DNA from: Selaginella moellendorffii
Lineage: Eukaryota > Plantae > Lycopodiophyta
Reading direction: 5' to 3'
DNA length: 64,000 bases
NCBI RefSeq assembly: GCF_000143415.4
Contig: NW_003314309.1
Location: forward strand, 489,459 to 553,458
Shown piece after piece: positions 60,017 to 64,000 of this stretch. Position 1 is the first letter of the stretch, and every line of letters starts with the position of its first letter. The notes below the pieces were generated by a model that had not been told where the DNA came from, searched no databases, and worked only from the letters and a program-made list of their open reading frames with translations. The position numbers and the translations under genes were made by a program.

Positions 60017-61129
60017 GGGCTTTTTGCCCTAACTGAATGCTAGGGCTCTGCCAGCCAACGGTTAGGGCAGGACTTAGGGTGGTGGCGGGAGCTTCGATCC
60101 AGCCACTCTAAGGGTTAGGGATCTTTGGTGTGAGTAGCTCGGCACGGCAGCAACACGGTGGAAACGCGACGGTTGCTGGTCTCGCAGCTTCGAGCGGGAC
60201 TTCTCGCCTTAGGTCGGGCCATGCAAAGTGGTGACTAAGGTACGGAGAGCGTGGGGCTGCATGTGCTGAAGATTCCTAGTGACTTGCGTTGTGGAAACAC
60301 GACCAAGTCAGGGTAACTTTGTTTCCGGTGGAGGATAGCTCGGGACGGCATCCCGACAGAGCGAAGTGTCCACAGTGGATGGACAGGGAAGAGACTATGG
60401 GCACATTTTTGGATCTAGTGACACGGAAGTGCTGTCACAAAGGGGGGCCAGTGGCGGATGGCCGAGTTGGTTCGCTCGCGGAGGGGATCCCACATGGTTC
60501 TTGCTTCAGGGCTAGTCCTTTGAGGAGGTTTGTGGAGGCTTGCAAGTCTTGTGATTGTCGCGAGGCTGGCAACGGGGGCTCGTATATCTTTGAAGGGGGG
60601 CCAGCGCACTTGTCTAGTGTGGGAGGCAAGGTAGCACGCTCAAGCTTAGAGCTGGAGGAGGCTCACACCTTGCTTGTTCTACGCCTTGGAGTTTGTTCGC
60701 AATGGGCACCGACTTCGTGCTGGAAGTACACTAGGGAGGTAGGCACTCCAAGACATGACCACACGTCTTGGGGCGTAACAGGTGGCTTCAGCTTGCGCAA
60801 TGGAGTCACCTTGGAGGCAAGTGACCCATGAGCTACGCCGGGTCATCGTGCTCGAGTTGGACCACTTGGCTGCGACGACGTCGAGCTAGATCGACATGGT
60901 GTTCGTCTGGCTTGACATCTTTGTTACCAAGTGGAGGAGTGGCGAGGCGAGTGATCCATATGCGGCGCCGGATCATCGTGCTCGAGTGAGTGAGTTTCGC
61001 ATAGAGTCTCTCAAGAGTGCGCTCTTACCCTCACTGACACCGTATGGGTTAAGTGAGGGATCTATCTCTTGTACTTTTGCCACACGTGGTGGTCCCTTGG
61101 GGACGATGGGGAAATGGATATACCAGTTA
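60017..61129 (+). mobile_element. Non-autonomous LINE-tailed element, copy 3
   Basis: Homologous to 54130-54975 and 55911-56028. Contains the empty site GCTCGAGTGAGTGAGTTTCG at about 60980. Ends CCAGTTA. Confidence 0.75.
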
Positions 61130-61146
61130 CTCGAACCAGGGACCTG

Positions 61147-62451
61147 TCCCCTACCAAGAACCAGGGGTGGAGGTATCGCATAGGCCCGGATGGAACACTG
61201 GCACAGGTTGACGACCTACAGTCCATGCCTTGGCTCCAGAGCGATGAAGTCATCGGGCGCATTCGGGTGGTGAGACACACCACCAAAAGCGTCCAGGTTG
61301 TGAGCACGACAGCGCAGAGGAAAGGACCAGGGGACCTCGTGTGGTGGCGGCAACAACTCATAGAGGACCTGGATTGGGACCCAGCCATGTGGAGCAGGGA
61401 GAGTGGCGACTTCTTTGACTACGAGGTTAGAGAGGCTCAAACGGGCCTTATGATGACGTGGGAACTGGCGAGAGGGGAGCTCCCCAAGCTGTGGAGGATC
61501 TGGATCGCCAGAGGAGTGGAACCGGAGCGCGTCATTGAGAGCACCGACGACTTCTGGAAGCTTACGATCCCGGAGAAGGTGAAGGCGACGTCTTGGCTTG
61601 CGGCACAAGGTGGGCTGCCGGTAGGTAGCCGCTTCCAGGAGGAACCGCAGCATAAGTGCAGGGAGTGTGGCGGCCTGGAAACCACTGCACACATGCTGTG
61701 GGAGTGCGGGGTGGCCAAGGAAGTGTGGAGGCAGGTTACTCGGGTCACCACATCCTTCAGCGCACAGGGCGAGTTTGAAGTGCGCCAGGGAGACGTACTT
61801 CAATGGTTCGAGGACGCATGAGGGGCTCCTACGGGACCTGCATGGAGAAGGATAGTCTGCTTCAGTAGACAAGGGAAAGGGCTACGAACCCGGTGGGATG
61901 AAGGGGGCGCGGAGATTGGCTGCTCGGTATGGCAGGCCCTGGGTCACGAGCGATGGGCGATCATGAGGGCGTCTGGAGTACAGGCTATATGGGAGGCACG
62001 CAACAAGCACCGGTTCGACGGCGTGCCAGCTAGCGTCTCAGCGATCATGGCAGGATGGTGGAGGCTGAGTCTGGCCGCAGTCAGGCTGAAGGATACACTT
62101 CTCAGAGAGAAAGGAAAGGCCCCGCAGATAGCAGCTTGGCGACGACTATGGCTGCCTGGCATGGGCATAGAGGGAAGCAAGGAGGTGTGCTGGTACTGGA
62201 GACTACCAGCCCGCTACGAAGCAGCAGCTCGTGTAGGAGATGCGCGACTGAACCGGTGGAGGGGCCAACGATCCAGTACGCCGCAAGACCCGCCACCCAG
62301 GTTGAGGATCGGGATCGCATCGGATCTAAATAGTAGTGAGTCTTAGAGGGTCAGCCCAGCTCCCGGAAAGACTGTATAAGGGACTTGGGCTCCCCTCCAT
62401 GTAACACGTGGTGGTCCCTTGGGGACGATGGAGAAATGGAAAAGCTAGTTA
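61147..62451 (+). mobile_element. L1/Tx1-like LINE 3' fragment (third subfamily)
   Basis: SPT.N.GWRY..., EDLDWD..MW, TSWLAAQGGLPVG, zf-RVT, IWEARNKHRF. 17-bp TSD CTCGAACCRGGGACCTG at 61130-61146 and 62452-62468. Confidence 0.9.
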
Positions 62452-62468
62452 CTCGAACCGGGGACCTG

Positions 62469-62657
62469 GGGCGGATTTTTGGAACTAGTGGCAAGGATGT
62501 GCTGCCACATGGTTGGGCCGCTTGGCTGCGACGAGGTCGGGCTGGATTGACGTGGAGTCATCCAAGAATTTCCCACAGGATCTTCTCTCCGTGGTGCTTT
62601 TTGAGGGGGTTCGCGCGGACAGCCTTGGTTCCTTCGAAGATCGGGTCTTCTAGGACC
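62469..62657 (+). mobile_element. Fragment of non-autonomous element, copy 4
   Basis: Near-identical to 54489-54677; starts immediately after the target motif. Confidence 0.75.
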
Positions 62658-62999
62658 GATGAAAGTAATTGGGGCATTAGCAATAGTGAATGGGCAGCAC
62701 CTTTGGAAGTGACTGAATGGTGAATGTATAAAAGGGAATGGATCAAAATGTAGCTATAGATGTGTAGAAAAGGGTGATGTAAAAGGAAATTCAGAACCTT
62801 GAGAAAGACTTAGAGAAAACACAAGCTTTGATGATCAGCAGGATCAATATAACCTTGAGGCCAGAAACCTAGGTGAATGTCAACTGAAACGAGACCATAC
62901 AACCTAGAAAAGTACAGAGAAAAGTGAAAGAACAAAGTAGAAAAAGAAAACAAAGAAAAGGAAAGGTAAGAAAAAAAGAAGATTCATTGTAAAGTAAAT

Positions 63000-63900
63000 G
63001 ATGTGGCATATGTGGACCATCTGCTCTGATGTACCTGTGCTAGAACACATCTCAAGAGGCCAAAGAGAGTCCTAAAGAATGTCTGGGATGCTATTGAAGT
63101 TGACAGAGTTGGCTCAAGAGCTGGATCACATTACAAATGCCTGAGGTGGTGAACAGGGTTACTACAAGGAAATTGTGAAGCCTGTTGCTGTCTATAAGAA
63201 TGGAAGCCTTTTCAAGGTGGTGGTAACTGTCTCCCACTTCATTTGGCATTGCACCTTGAGACCAAGAACAAAGGCTCTAGCCCTCATTTGTCTCAAGTTC
63301 AAGAAGTATAACATTGGAATCTCACCTTCTTTACTTGCAAGTCTCAATCCAGTCAAAAGATCTTGGCATATTCATTTAGGCATACATATAATATTTGAAG
63401 TGTATGGAATATAGAAATGTGCATATTCAATTAACCCAAAAATTTAATTTATAAATAAGAGTGAATGGTTTAGATTGAAATCAATTCGACAATTATCAAA
63501 ATCCCACTATACTAATAATAATATACAACATTATAGCTATACTTTTTGACCTCACATCATCCCCTAAGTTTTTGTGTTGATCAACTGGGATCTAAAGGAA
63601 TATTAAGAGTAGGCACTAGTGTATCCATAAATAATTGTAGCGCATTTTAATTTGGAGTTAAACTCCAAGCCCATTGCATTATGAAATGAAGGTTTGGTAC
63701 ACTCTCAATTCTATGAGCACTAGTTCCCCATATCTAACACTTATATGCAAAATGGTGTTAGACGGTATCTGGCACAATTTCGGCATACTAGTGCCCTAAT
63801 GCAAGGAAGTGGGTACCCCAATGTCATTTTTTGTTCTATATTTGGCTTAGGTCTAAGCCCCAACTCTATATTATGCTAGCGTAATGAAAGCTAAACTAAT
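63000..63900 (-). mobile_element. Possible decayed L1-like relic
   Basis: Weak minus-strand remnants resembling IGVP, GLG and C..C..ETV motifs in the expected order; no ORF. Confidence 0.25.
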
Positions 63901-64000
63901 GTCTCAAATGGTCAACTATATAATTTAGCCATTATCCCTATTATATGTTTAAACCCCTTACACCCCCCCCTTAAACCCACCCCCCCCCCCCCCCCCCCCC

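Noticed and set aside
63961-64000. Poly-C tract as a functional element
   Set aside because: At the window edge; may be a minus-strand polypurine tract or low-quality sequence and cannot be assessed.

Overview
Eukaryotic land-plant nuclear DNA. The very short (about 45-75 nt) GT-AG introns, GC-rich compact genes and Arabidopsis-type CCCTAAA repeats suggest a small-genome lycophyte such as Selaginella (inference, not proven). 1-7.3 kb holds decayed retroelements: two RTE/RTEX-like LINE fragments and a degenerate LTR element. 7.9-52.7 kb is gene-dense: lipase, Sec14/SFH, an intronless helical-bundle (MLKL-N-like) kinase, bZIP, patellin, F-box/LRR, C-factor SDR, HRD1, PUX11, a single-pass membrane protein, TIC20, a FAM172A/Arb2 homolog, SF3A1, an NPF7-like transporter, a CHLD pseudogene and an orphan gene, interrupted by AT-rich Gypsy/Copia relics. 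The best candidate for an undescribed system is 52.75-62.7 kb: a nested array of divergent L1/Tx1-like LINE copies plus a non-autonomous partner element. All share a non-poly(A) 3' tail ending in GTTA, and they insert with 17-bp target-site duplications that start at YTCGA, mostly in the antisense T-loop/B-box of a tRNA-like sequence.
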